From: Azolla caroliniana
Lineage: Eukaryota; Plantae; Polypodiophyta
Length of the DNA: 64,000 bases
Reading direction: 5' to 3'
NCBI GenBank assembly: GCA_043228905.1
Contig: JBHGNT010000006.1
Coordinates: 1,922,001 to 1,986,000 of the forward strand
How positions within the stretch are numbered: the first letter of the stretch is position 1; each line of letters opens with the position of its first letter. The position numbers and the translations under genes were made by a program. The notes under the pieces are model-generated. The model was not told the DNA's origin and did not search any database. It saw nothing but the letters and a program-made list of their open reading frames with translations. This document shows positions 38,501 through 51,087 of this stretch, piece after piece.

Positions 38501-39738
38501 TCCTACCCAACTGCCTCCTTTAACTTGGGCGAATTATCCTTCTAGAAGGCTTATATAAGTGATGCCTTCAAATTTGCCAGATATTTCATCTCGGATCTTA
38601 CGTCCTCAGCTCATATATCGAGAGAGAGAGAGAGAGAGAAATATTAACGTCTTTTAAGAGGCCAAAAGGGCCAAAAAGACCAAACAAGTGATTACATCTT
38701 AAGTGTTGTCTTGTCTTTGAGAACAACAAATAAATAAATAAAAAGAAGTAAATAATACTCCGTAAATATAAAAGTATATAAGATAAAAAGAGATGAGAGA
38801 GAGGGAGAGCTGCTCATTCAGTAACGTCAAATTATCCACGTAATGTGCAGCACTCAGGATTTCTGCATGTTGCTCTCAGCTCCTGGGCTTTGTTATTTTT
38901 CGGGCCACAAGTAGAAAGTGTCTTCGGATCTCTGGCGTTTGGCATGATATACTTTCTAGGTGGTCTATGTGGTAATACTTTTAGCTACTTCTTCACACCG
39001 GCGGCGACTGTTGGTGGAACAGTAAGGTTTTGTGTTAAGGTCTTGACGCTCTCTTTATGTGGACAACTTGTTTTAAAGCTTTGGTTTTGGTTTTGTATAT
39101 CTAGGGACCTCTCTTTGCGCTTTTTACTGCCTGGGTTGCTTACTTGTGGCAGAATAGAAAGGCAATAGGTGAAAAATCTGCAGATGATGGGATTAAAGCA
39201 ACCACATTCATGAGTCTGCTGGTTTTTTGTTTGAGCATCCTACTCCCCACTGATGAGTGGTATGCATATACATTTATCATCCCTTAAAACAATCTTCTAT
39301 ACTTGAATAGCATATACACACAGAGGTTGAATAATACTGAATCTTATCATGATGAATGAATGGTATATATAACAACTCTTAGGAGACTCTTGTATACATG
39401 AATAATACCATCACAGAGAATCATCATCCTCATCATAAAAAGCCATATGCATTGAAGCTGAACAGTGCTTACTTGATAATTAATACAGGATCCATGTGGG
39501 AGCTTTGTTCCCTGGCTTATTTTTCGGTGCTTTCTCATCTCCTGTTCTAGAAGTTGCGGTTGATTCTGAGGTAAACAAGAAGAAGGAGACCAAAGGGGGG
39601 GCTTATGCTATCTATGATAGCCCATCAATGTTGAGTCTGACCTTTGTGTTCATCATATGTACTGCACTCTGTTTTGTTGTGCTATCTCTCTTTGACCCTT
39701 TTGCTGAGTTAGAGCTTCTAGATACTCTACCTTTCTGA
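35550..39738 (+). CDS. RBL9: Rhomboid-like protein, RBL9-type (probably plastid), 6 exons
   Basis: Exons 35550-36168, 37647-37827, 37955-38120, 38851-39021, 39105-39259, 39489-39738. YGAKVNALILGGEWWRLITPMFLHSGFLH, TVGGTGP, DEWIHVGA, and an N-terminal LSSLDAYFDKLQ-type repeat. The start ATG could be further downstream. Confidence 0.85.
38209..38455. repeat. ~124-bp tandem duplication in rhomboid intron 3
   Basis: AACATGGAAA(G/A)CCTCTTGAATTGCA...GAATCCATTCTTATCTTACATATTGAGACT...TCTG occurs twice. Confidence 0.9.
38640..38790 (-). mobile_element. Very short 5'-truncated LINE copy embedded in a (GA)n tract
   Basis: AATATTAACGTCTTTTAAGAGGCCAAAA.GGCC..AAGACCAAACAAG.GATTACATCT.AAGTGTTGTCTTGTCTTTGAGAACAA matches 15062-15190 and is flanked by GA repeats on both sides. 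Confidence 0.75.
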
Positions 39739-42478
39739 TCATGATTAAATTCATTCTAGTGTTTCACCTTTTTTGGTTTGGTGAAGGCTATGCCAAATGT
39801 AGATATATAACTCTAGCTCTAGCTAGCCAGCTATACATGTACTATGGAGGAAGAATGTATGATTTTGAGGTATTATTAGGAAGGGTATATTGTGCTTTTT
39901 AACTATTATGCCCGATGCCCTTGGTGCCAAATCCCCTTCTTTTTCAGTGCTTAAATTCTGGTTATGATAACATTTGTGCCTTCAAATTGCCATCAAAATT
40001 TATTTATCCCCTCTAGTCTATTACTTATATCGTTAGGGATACATGTGTTCGCCTGATTAATTCTACACATTCTGAAGGAGAGAAACAATGCCATTGTGAA
40101 AGGAAAGTCGATCAGACACAAAATAGATGATGAACAAGAGGAATGCTAGAGAAAGGAAAGTGCATCTGCATCAATTTGTATACGGCCTTTGAAAAGGCAG
40201 AATTTTTCAGCTCTCTTCAAAGAAGAATTTGAGAATATTTGAGCAAATAATGATAATGATATCAATTGAGTTATTATCAGGGAGACATTATTATCTAATG
40301 TTTTCTACATGTGTACAAATTCAATACTAAAAATCTTGAATTGTGTCATTGAATGAACATTCAGTATCACAATGCTACAATATGTTTTCTCATCACGCAT
40401 TTCTTCAAGGTTTTAGAGTTTTATATGCTGTAAGTGTTATTCAATTAGTTTTCGTATATAATTTCCAAAATTATTATTATTATTATTTCCAAAAAAATCT
40501 CCTTCCATTAGTTATAAATTTCCAAAATTATTTGTTTGACTGTTCACAAGATATATATACTCATGCAAAAAATTCCACAAAAAGAAACAGACATTATCTT
40601 GACTAAAAATAAGTGATATGTTGATTATGATCGAACTCATTATTACTCTTTTATCACATCAGCAAACAATTGCATGATGCTTGAGACTGTAATAATTGCT
40701 TAATACACGTCATGTCATTGTTTGAAGTGATATGATGGGTTCCATGATTGCTGAAAAGAAAAAGACACCCTTTGGTGATGTTGTTCAAGGTCAATGATTC
40801 ATGAGCTATCCAAAACAAACAATCCGGCCACTTGATTATGCATTGACCATAATACCAATAGGAGCATGAAATTGTACATGCAGCCATGTTCTCTAACCTA
40901 AATTGCTTAAATTTCTTAAAAATCATACTCTCTTAACCTAAATTTGTAAAATTTGTTAAGGTTCATATTCAAAACTTCAAAAAAATTCATCGATGCATGC
41001 ACACTTGGATGATCGTTTTTATGAAATTGTTGAACTTGTAAAACACATTTTTCGAATATTAAATATCTCATTCATGTATGGTGATTTGGAGGTTCATTTG
41101 GTTTCGTGGCTTAATAGATTTCTCCAAATGCCACACACCATCATGAGGCATTTTCTTTATGAATTTGAGAAAATGGTGTGGTGCTTCGATTTTAAGGTTC
41201 AAGAAGGAATATAACATTGATTATTGATTAAACGTTTTTTTATACCATTTCAGCCTACATCATCAACCCATTTGTACATTTTTTTCTTTCTAGAAATTCC
41301 ATATCAACAACCACGAACTTTATTCATTTCAATCACAATCCTTAACTTAATGAATGGTGTACATTTGCAAACTTTTTCACCTTCCTTTTATTCACATTGA
41401 AGAGTCACAACAAAATCTAATCTTTGTGAGCACATGCAAGCATCTTTAGAGTCCAATTATATCTTGGTTTAGAATATATTGTTCTCAAAATGGTTCCACC
41501 TATTTAGCATGTCAAGCCCAATAACGCACACAAGTTTCACAATAGGTTGCTAAGAGATCTGAATATTTTATTTTTCAGTATTGTTATCGTTAAGCGTGAT
41601 GAGGAACCTAGTGACACGAGTTCCCTTTACATACTCATGTAAAAGACATCCACCATGAATATGATAGTGCATTATCGCATGAATACAAAGTCAATTTTTA
41701 TCAATTCAAAATATTCTTTACTTGAGATCTCTATCATCTTAAATTACAAAGTTCAAAGCACAACTTGGGCAACAAGAGCATCAAGACTTAGACATCACCA
41801 ACTAGATGGATGTTGCAACCAAGACCATATAGCAAATATTTGTGGCCGAATCACTTTATGCATTCAATTCATCTACTCTAGGTAGTAAAAAGGATATTAA
41901 ACAATAAAAAATTCAAAAACGGAGGCACCCACGATGATGACCAATTGTATAGGCTAAGAGGCATGATACTTCTATAAGGAGCTAGCTACAAGGCTCACAA
42001 AGTGATCCGTGAGAAACCGACAAAACCATCAATTGAAAGTCTCGATCATCTCTTATAATGGGTAGAAAAATTGCACACTTACAAAACAAGCTGGAAATAC
42101 TACGAAGGTGTCGAGGAAAGCAAGCATGTCTAATTGATTTTACGGGAAATCAAAAGGGACAAGGTAATTTCTGGCAATGCAGTTAAATATCCCTCTAAAG
42201 ATATCGCCATGACTTCTTTCCCATTGATCAATCAATCAATCGGAAGACTAAAAGGCATCCAATCCATCCATTTATCATTCATGTATATATATACACACAT
42301 ACATATATTGTTCCTTTTGTCTTTTGTACTATGAATCAATTGTCTGCTCCTTTAAGGCTTGATCAGGAGGTTAGCACACTCCCTGTCCTTTCTGTTTTTT
42401 CTCGTGCTGCCACACAGCTATGGAGCGATGAATTGAGGAGAAGAAGAAGTACACAGAACAAAGGAAGGAAGAGGAGCT

Positions 42479-44903
42479 ATGTCTTCTCCAGCTGAGAGTA
42501 AGTGGATGGCTTCCTTATTGCAAGATAACTTTTTGAATGATGACGATCCTTCTCAGAGCTTCTGGTGTGGCCTTAACCAAGAAGCAGAACTGAGGTATAT
42601 GAGAGAGAGAGAGAGAGAGAGAGGTGTTAAAGTGTTTCTTTGGTGAGAAATGATGGTGGGTTTCTTTTGGTGATGTTCTAAACGTGGACACATTTCATAA
42701 GGGACATAGTTTTTTCTATATGATGATTGAGGAGCATGCAAGGCTCAAGTTCTTTACCTGCCCAGTTGCTATAGCCATTTGAATTTTATCACAACTTTGG
42801 CATCATTAACCACAGAAACTTTTGTCACCCTTTCAGCGGGTTATATTCAGCGAGCCAGAGCTTTACCATCCTTCCATCATAGGGTAGATGTTTGATTGCT
42901 GTGGGTATTCGGGTCTATGGCACATTTGAAGAATGAGAAATGGGTTCTCCTTTGATGGTCTCCATGGAGTACCACAACATGTATGTAGGCTGACTGGAAA
43001 ATTGATTTGGCAATTTTTGCAACTGATCCCTGCAGGAACCCTGTCCTCAAAGGAGTTGCCTTTGTGTCAGATCAGGGAAAGGAGAGAGATATGCTGTTAA
43101 TAGACGAAATGGCCAAGAATGATTGATGGGGCTGATGAAGACGAGTATTAGAGAATAGTCTATTTTGGTAATATCGTATGTATCTTTAGAGAATAACCAA
43201 GAGTTTTCGGTGTGGTTAAGATGTTGAATAGCGAAGAATTCTTTACCGCGATTAAGAGAAATGAATCAAATTTTGAAGTTGCGTGTAGTTTAGTTTTATG
43301 GTAGTTTTTTTAGAAATACCCTGTGGATTCACAAATTGTTCGTGTCAGACTGGAAGATGAGAGGAGAGAGACTGGTGAGTACATGTAATAGCTAAGAATC
43401 TAAGATGAGATTGTCTCAATTTTGTGTTGCATTTATTTACTTGGAATGCAGGCCACATTTCTTTTCTTGTTTTCTGATATAATGATTCCTGTAAACGATG
43501 ATTTACAGTGTTCATTATTCTTCTTCTTGCAAGAAAGACAAGGATTATGAGAAGGCAAGTTCAAAGAAAAGGTACCACAAGATGCACCTGCAAACAATGT
43601 GAAAAATAGTTCTCTTCTCTTGTGTTTCTTATTCAATCTGAGGAATAACTTATTATGAGCATCAGTAGGATATTGTTATCATGGTTTACAGTTGCTCTCT
43701 TGGTGTCCTCATTTTGATCTTTACTTTTATCTGAGGTTGCCAAATGAATTACACCATGGATCCTCCAACAAAGCGTGCCGGGAAAAAATGCGAAGAGATA
43801 AATTGAATGAGAGGTGATATATCAACCCACTGTTTATTCCATTATAGATTGGTAGGTTTTTTGTGCTGGTTACTTAATTCAAGGACTAAAAGACTGGAAG
43901 GAAAGTGGCCTGGTAGTGTATTATTCATGTTAGCAATGAAGGAATCACTCTCTTTGTGTGAAGGATAACAGGTTAAGACTAATAAAACTTTATGCTGATT
44001 TGGATTAAATGCAATTGAGGACTATAAAGAATGTAAATAAATGGGTAGTCTGTTTGAACTCTCACTAGCAATGATGGAATTTGCCTGCTTGTGAAGGATA
44101 ACAAGTTTAAACGCATAGAAGTTCATAGTGATTCTGGATGGAATTTCTCATGGTAGTGTCCATGCTGTACCAGGCTTGTTTTGGTTGTTCACAGCACGAT
44201 AATGTGTTTTAAATCTTTTTCTTCATGATGTTACTTTATGGAGCTGGAGATATGAAATGGAATTGCCTCCCAAATTACCCAGTTAAACAGTGTTCTTGTA
44301 AATTATGGTGTAAGCTTCTAAATTGCAAAAAGTTAGGACTATTTGGGTGTGTTTTCCAATCATATAAGTAACTGGAGAATATTAATTTAACAAACTTCAA
44401 TAGGTTTCTGGAGCTGAGCGCAATTGTAGGGTCAGGGAAGACCCCTAAAACGGACAAGACAGCCATTCTTGCAGATACATTCTGTATCCTGAATCAGCTA
44501 AAATTAGAAGCACAACAATTGAGAGATTGCAATGAACAGCTCCTGAAGACAATAAAAAAGCTCAGAGTTTGTTTTGTGGTTGATTTTTTCTTATATGAGC
44601 TAGGTGTGGGAATACAATAAGAGTTTTATAGTTAAAACAATATTCTTTCAGGTGGAAAAAAGCAAGCTTTGGGAAGAGAAATCGAGGCTGAAAAAAGAGC
44701 ATGAAAAGTTGGAAAAACAACTCAATGGTGTTAGTTTGCCGTCTATATATATGCCACCACAGATGGCATATGCGGTACCTATGGCTAACAAAGCTGCATA
44801 TATCAGTAGATGTACTGGAATGACACCAGGAATGTGGCAGTGGATGCCTCCTGGAGTTCTAGATACATCACAAGATCATGTGCTCCGTCCACCTGTTGCT
44901 TGA
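42479..44903 (+). CDS. bHLH-ZIP transcription factor subgroup IVc (ILR3/bHLH104-like; iron homeostasis), 5 exons
   Basis: Exons 42479-42594 (MSSPAESKW...), 43509-43571, 43736-43813 (KACREKMRRDKLNER), 44404-44566 (FLELS...PKTDKTAILAD) and 44652-44903, ending MWQWMPPGVLDTSQDHVLRPPVA, the IVc C-terminal signature. Confidence 0.9.
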
Positions 44904-44969
44904 ACATTTGTAATATAAACACTGAGCCTTAAACACTAAATATCTTATGAACCAATATCTAGATCCTTA

Positions 44970-45160
44970 TATTAACACTGGTACAGTAACTGTAGAATAA
45001 TACAGGATCTTCATCAAAACTGGCACTATTTGATCAACACTCCATGTGTATGCTTCCGCTGTGATCCTTAAATTAACACTGGTACAGTAACTGTAGAATA
45101 ATACAGGATCTTCATCAAAACTAGCACTATTTGATAAACACTCCATGTGTATGCTTCCAC
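44970..45160. repeat. ~101-bp tandem duplication downstream of the bHLH stop
   Basis: ATTAACACTGGTACAGTAACTGTAGAATAATACAGGATCTTCATCAAAACT...GTATGCTTCC x2, with decayed heads at ~45159 and ~45388. Confidence 0.9.
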
Positions 45161-48100
45161 TGATATAGTAACCTAGAATAAATAATAGATGTCAGCAAAG
45201 GTTGCATCCGCTGTAATGAGAAACACGCAACACCTGACCATGTAACTGCCATCTTATTTGCCTTCATAATATTAGCACTTGGGCAGGAACCTACACAAAT
45301 GGAATTTTGATCAACACAAGATTTGCTCCTGTTCCAACTGCTGTTAGAGCAATTGTATGATCTTTACTAATAGGACTTTGATTAAAACTGATATAGTGAC
45401 TCTAGAATAAAATGGAAACCTGAGCCAAAGTTTCATCATTTGAGCCTCACTCGACTTTTGTTTGTGTTCAACGTTTTCTTGAATGTGATTTTTTGGGTTT
45501 TGTCAGTATTTGATCTTACCACCACCCAGGTATCCTGCAGGGCATTATCTGAGCATGAACGCCTGTGGTTGATTTGGCATGACAAGTTTCACATTTTTGT
45601 GGAATTTGTTCATACGGTTACCAATATTGAGGTTGAGTTTGATTAAGCACCATAGTATGTACATATTCCCCTCGATTAGCTTTGCAGATTAGAGAAGATA
45701 TGCCTATGATCAATGTTAAACAAGATGTCCTCATCTTGTATAACACGTGTCTTTTTTTTATCTCCGAGGATGAGCTTTACTGGATAAGAGTTGACAATCA
45801 AGCTAACAGTTCTTCATTGAAAATTCCCATGTGCTCATGTAGCTCCATCAATTTCTGTATCTTTGCTTGAAGGTACTATTTCTACTTTATATCTAAAATG
45901 GATGCATATTATAATGCCCATTGTAATAATTTCATAATGCTAATATTCTTTTCCCCATCCTCATTTCAAGTGTTGATTTTATCGTCTGAAAATAATAAAT
46001 TTTCCGAACTTTTCAGTACAGTAAATAAGTAGTTACCGTGAATGGATGGATGGATTTACTATATTATTTGAGAGACGGGAAAAGTGATTGGGATTCTTGA
46101 AATGATGTTTTTTGTTTCGACGATACATGATGGGATTTGTTGAATGCAGAGACATGGTACATGATGGAACATACAAAAGTCTTCGAAGGTGCACTTTTGT
46201 TGGAGCATGATTCCTGATAGTTTATTGTAATTTACAATAAATGGAAACACATGCCTTTAGATGGCCCTAGATTTATATGTAAGACAGCTTTCTCATTTAA
46301 TAGATGCAACAGTGTTCCATGTAAAAAATGAGTGGTCATTAGGGCATGACCAAGATATATGCACATAAATTTAAGGTGGATTTCTCAGTTAACTGATTGT
46401 CCAGTGATTCTTGTGCAAAATGAGTGGTTATTAGGGCATGACCAAGATATGCACGTAAGTGTTGAGGGCTAGGAGCATCGAAGAGTATGATTTCAAAATA
46501 TGCTTCACGTATGGCTCATATTTTCCCTTTAGATGAATTTTTTTGGAATCCATTTATATATTCTTCTTCTACAAAGAATATTACATCTTCAAATGCACAT
46601 AAGCTGAAGCATATTCGTTAGATCGGTCCTATCTAAGGAGGGGGACAAAAAGAACCAAAAGTACTTTCTTTAATGCCCATACATTCATCCTTAATATAGA
46701 TCATGTCTTTCATTTTTATAGATCACATTGGTAGGTTGAACTAAAAATCCTCAATTGTCAGTTACATGTTAATCCAATTGGTTGCTACCCTTTGATTCAA
46801 ATAGTTTATTGGATTAACACATAGTCTGATTTTTTGTCATTTGAAAATTTGTATAAGATCTCAAGTTGCACACCACCTCATACTTGAAAAATCAATATCC
46901 AAATCTCATCGTGATAAATTGACAGTAACCACATTGTGATCCCATTTTTCAAGCATGTTCTTCTCTGTTGATTGTCATGCCATGGTTAAAAATTCAAGAT
47001 CCAATTATAAGTATGCCTGGTTGACAATAACCAATCATTTGGGGCACTTATATAATACACAAAGATATTTAAATATCTGCCACATGTGTGCGAAGATTGA
47101 TTTATATGTTTCCTTAAAACAAAAATTGATGATGATGTCATTTTATCCTATTGTGGTGTGCATTTCACACTATCAACATTGGCATTTATCGTATTTGTGA
47201 TGTTAGAGCATAAATGTGATTACATTTTCCACACCATGATTATGCAAACAACATTATATATATGTGTGTGGTATGATGTTTGCCTTTTTGCCGCGTAGAA
47301 ACAAGACACTACTTGCATTACCTCTATTATGTTAATGGATCAAAGGTGCATGGGTATAACAACAAAGGTTTGCATTTACTTCAAAAAAAGAGGAACTATA
47401 TAATAGAAAACATCCTAAGGAAAACTCATCTTGTTATTTAAATAAAACTCTTAGAGTCTCTTGGAAGAAATGTCATTAAGAATACCAACAAGGAATCTCT
47501 TAATAGGTTTTTGAAAAGTCCTTTGATACACGTTTTGACATAGAATTATAACATTTAAGTTATATGAAATATGTGTGACTCCCAATAGTAATCTAGGCTT
47601 AAAGAGTGCTCTATGGGAAGTGCAAATAAAATATATTTAGATGGATATGTGGCTCTCATTTTGTAAGTTGTCTTCATTCACTTTGTTGTCCTCTTTGTCC
47701 TTCCACCCTCTTCTGTTCATGTTTCTTTGTGGAACTTTAAAAAAGTCGTGATCAAGGTATCAAGATGCTTAATTTATCAAGACAAAATCAAACAAACACA
47801 TTGATACAAACATAGGGGAAACCACTACATTTTTTAAAATGTGATAGTTCAGGAATCTCCAATGACCCTACCAAACTAATTAGGATATTGTGGTAAGGTA
47901 AACCCTTAAAGATTTTGTAAGACAAGCTTACATAAAAGGTTAAGGGTTGTAATCAAGACCCTCACACACAAACCCATTTCTCACAATCTAATTGAACCAC
48001 ACTCTAATATCTAAGGTAGTTAAGTTAACTACTATCTTCATGATGGGCAAAGTAAAGCTCTAACTCCTAATCGAAAACCTAGAGAAAGGGTGACAAATTT

Positions 48101-48394
48101 ATCTCATTTAACAAATCAAAGTTGAAGAAGCTTTCTCTCTTGATCTCTACTTGTCTAGTGGAGTTCCCTCAAATTCTAATCATCTCAATTGCAATAAGTT
48201 TCCGCATCATTATTGTCGCAAGTAGAGGATTTCTTAAAGACCACACTAGGTTATTGGCTCAACATAGTTTACACAACATCACCAAAGTCATAAAAATGAG
48301 AGAATCCATGGAACTCACAACGGGGGGTGGGCTTGGAGTGAGGCCACAAATGATTTTCTGTGTCGTGGTTGCGTCTCCTTTGGAACATTACTAA

Positions 48395-48475
48395 CAAACA
48401 AACATAAATACATACATACATACATACACACATACATACGTACATACATACATACACACACACACACACATACAT

Positions 48476-48506
<31 letters not shown>

Positions 48507-48606
48507 TACATACACACATACATACATACATACATACATGTGTGCCTTTCGGTCTTCATGCATTTTCCTAGAAATGCAAATTAATAGTCAATCCTCTTGG
48601 TCTTTA

Positions 48607-48658
<52 letters not shown>

Positions 48659-48835
48659 GACATATGTATTTATATACTTACATGAATTACATGCTTGTGT
48701 GTATATATATAAAACAAGTTTCTCCTCCCCTGTTTCTTCATTCCTTTCCCCTTCCCCTTCCTCTCCTTCACAGGTCTCCCCTGCTCTTCCTCTTCTTCTT
48801 CTTCTTCTTCTTCTTCTTCTTCTTCTTCTTCTTGC
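48395..48835. repeat. Compound microsatellite block (TACA/CA)n, (CT)n, (TCT)n
   Basis: Read directly. It generates the spurious low-complexity ORFs in the track. Confidence 0.95.
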
Positions 48836-48926
48836 ACCTCACCATTATTCTTCTTCTTCACCTCAACCTCAACATCATCATCAGCACCACCACCACAACC
48901 ACCATCACCATCTCAGATACAAATAT

Positions 48927-49616
48927 ATGATGGCTATGGAGACATGCATGCCAATCTCCCTGCTTCTACAAGACACCTTGCTTGCTAGCACATGGACATG
49001 GCTTGCCCTCGGCCTCGCCACCATAGCCACCTTTCTCCGAGCTTTCTTCACCCGGCCTCGTCTCTATGAACCTCTCTCTCTCCCTCCCCCCCCTTCCCCT
49101 CCCACAAATCAATCTAATATGTTAGGTAAGGAAAATGAACCCGCTATAGCAGATAAAAAAAGGGAAGCCATAATAGGTAAGGAAAATGATTGTATTAAAG
49201 AAGAAGAAAAAGAAGAGAGTATGCTATGCTCATATGATGACTTGTTCTCTGGGGTTCTCCCTTTGGATAATAATTGTATACAAAACCCTGCAATGATTCA
49301 ACCCAAGAAGCAACAATTGCATTATATAATTAGAGAAGAGGAAAGTATGTATCTTTCACATTCTTGGCTCTCAAGAAGTGTTTGCTTTGAGCAGCAATTT
49401 GGGTGGGATAAATTGCTGGAAACTAAGCTTGGCATGTCATGGGCATGCCAAATAGACCCAATTTTTGGCCGGATAAATTGGGGGAAAATATCAATGGCTA
49501 CTGTCGAAGAAGATCATCACGGGAAGAGGTCAATGGCCATCATCAAAGACGATGACCATGATCATGTTGATCATGAAAGGTGTTGCGTGGTAAGGTTATG
49601 GTCGCCTAATCATTAG
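48927..49616 (+). CDS. Uncharacterised plant protein with an N-terminal TM helix and C-terminal VVRLW motif, single exon
   Basis: MMAMET...ASTWTWLALGLATIATFLR (TM), Pro/Glu-rich middle, GWDKLL...LGMSW...VVRLW. The layout resembles an intronless land-plant family. The upstream ORF extension from 48699 is microsatellite. Confidence 0.7.
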   Translation: MMAMETCMPISLLLQDTLLASTWTWLALGLATIATFLRAFFTRPRLYEPLSLPPPPSPPTNQSNMLGKENEPAIADKKREAIIGKENDCIKEEEKEESMLCSYDDLFSGVLPLDNNCIQNPAMIQPKKQQLHYIIREEESMYLSHSWLSRSVCFEQQFGWDKLLETKLGMSWACQIDPIFGRINWGKISMATVEEDHHGKRSMAIIKDDDHDHVDHERCCVVRLWSPNH

Positions 49617-51087
49617 AACACGCTCTCAAGTAGACTTCAAAGTCGATAATGGGATAATGTAATGTTGTCTCCAGATTAAAGGGTTTTGTCTCTTAATATT
49701 GCAACAAATATAATGTTATAATGCCTTTGTGAGAAGAAAACCTGCACTTGGGCATCCAAAATCATGGAAAGTGAAGCTCCATGTTGTCAATCCATGGATA
49801 TTACCTCAATAGCTAAAGCTAGACTGCTCAACTTGAACCAGAAATTTGTGCTTGCAACCTCAGGACTCACCGTCACAACCAAATTGTAACTGTGTATATG
49901 TCTCTGATAATAAAAAAGCTCATCGGAATAGTACAACTAATGCAAAGGTACTCCAGTGAATTCTTTAACTGTACCCAAAACATTTGGGAATATTGAGAAT
50001 CAAAGAGCTGTATGCAATATGCGAAGCAATCTGTATATACAACACCTTGCAGAAAATGATCAGCAAGGAAAAATCACATCCCTAAACATTCTCTACATAG
50101 AAAACAAGTTGGCACTACACGTAACACAACAGAACAAATTGGGTAAGGCTTAATATGTATATACAAAAAATGGCTGAGAAAACAACTTGTCCTGATGCTT
50201 AAATTTGTACATACTGCATGACATCATTGTCTGATTCAAGCTTTTTGAAGATTCATTCACCATTCAGGATTGGGTTCTCTTCATGCTTAACCTTATATTT
50301 CTTGTAGCATTTTGTTTGAAGGTTGAATTGCTGGAGGAACTGTATTAATACGATGCAATGGAGTTCATTGTTTACTGAGTCTTGTGGACCTTTTTGTAAC
50401 TCTTGAATTAAGTGGTCATATGAGGTAAGAATAACTATGTAGGTCCACTGCAGGAGCTTTATTCAAAGTGCCAATGCAGTATGAATTCCAGGTTCACAAT
50501 ATCTACGGTTGTTCCTATAATTGTTCTCACATACAAGTTGCTTCTAAGATTGATGTCCTGCGCATGATTCAAGAAATGCTCTGGAACCTTGGTTGACTCC
50601 AAGAGCATGATCTGATCAGTTGACATGTACAAACATTCCAATGTATATATGCTTACATATTTTTTGTAAATTGATGTTGGTTTTTAAATTTAAAACATAG
50701 AACTCAATCAAATAGTTAACTTCTCTGTATGTAGAAGGGCAGAAGAGGCTATCACCACATTTATGAGGTTACGATAGTTTGATATCAATTCTGTTGTAAA
50801 ATCTCATAAATATCCCAGAACACATCCAGAGTTCACTCTAGTCAAGAGCCAATTACAGTCCTACTTTTATTATACAGTTTTCAGCTCTTGAATGTCTCAA
50901 GCATGTGTTTCCTTTCTTTTCAAGAGTTTCACATTCTGATCAAGACCTACCATCACTTTCACATGCCCCAGGAACCTCCTAAAATGGTTGTGGTTCAGTT
51001 GTCAAACCTACATTCCACATTGTAGATCTTCAAATCCATCAGATACCTTCAAAAGAGTATGTGTCCAATGTATGAACTGGATGAATC

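Noticed and set aside
40650-41900. Possible decayed hAT transposase on the minus strand (VTRF, QPIVKLV-like fragments)
   Set aside because: Only scattered short motifs, with no TIR or TSD found. Needs an HMM search; same for 22900-24000 and 46700-47250.
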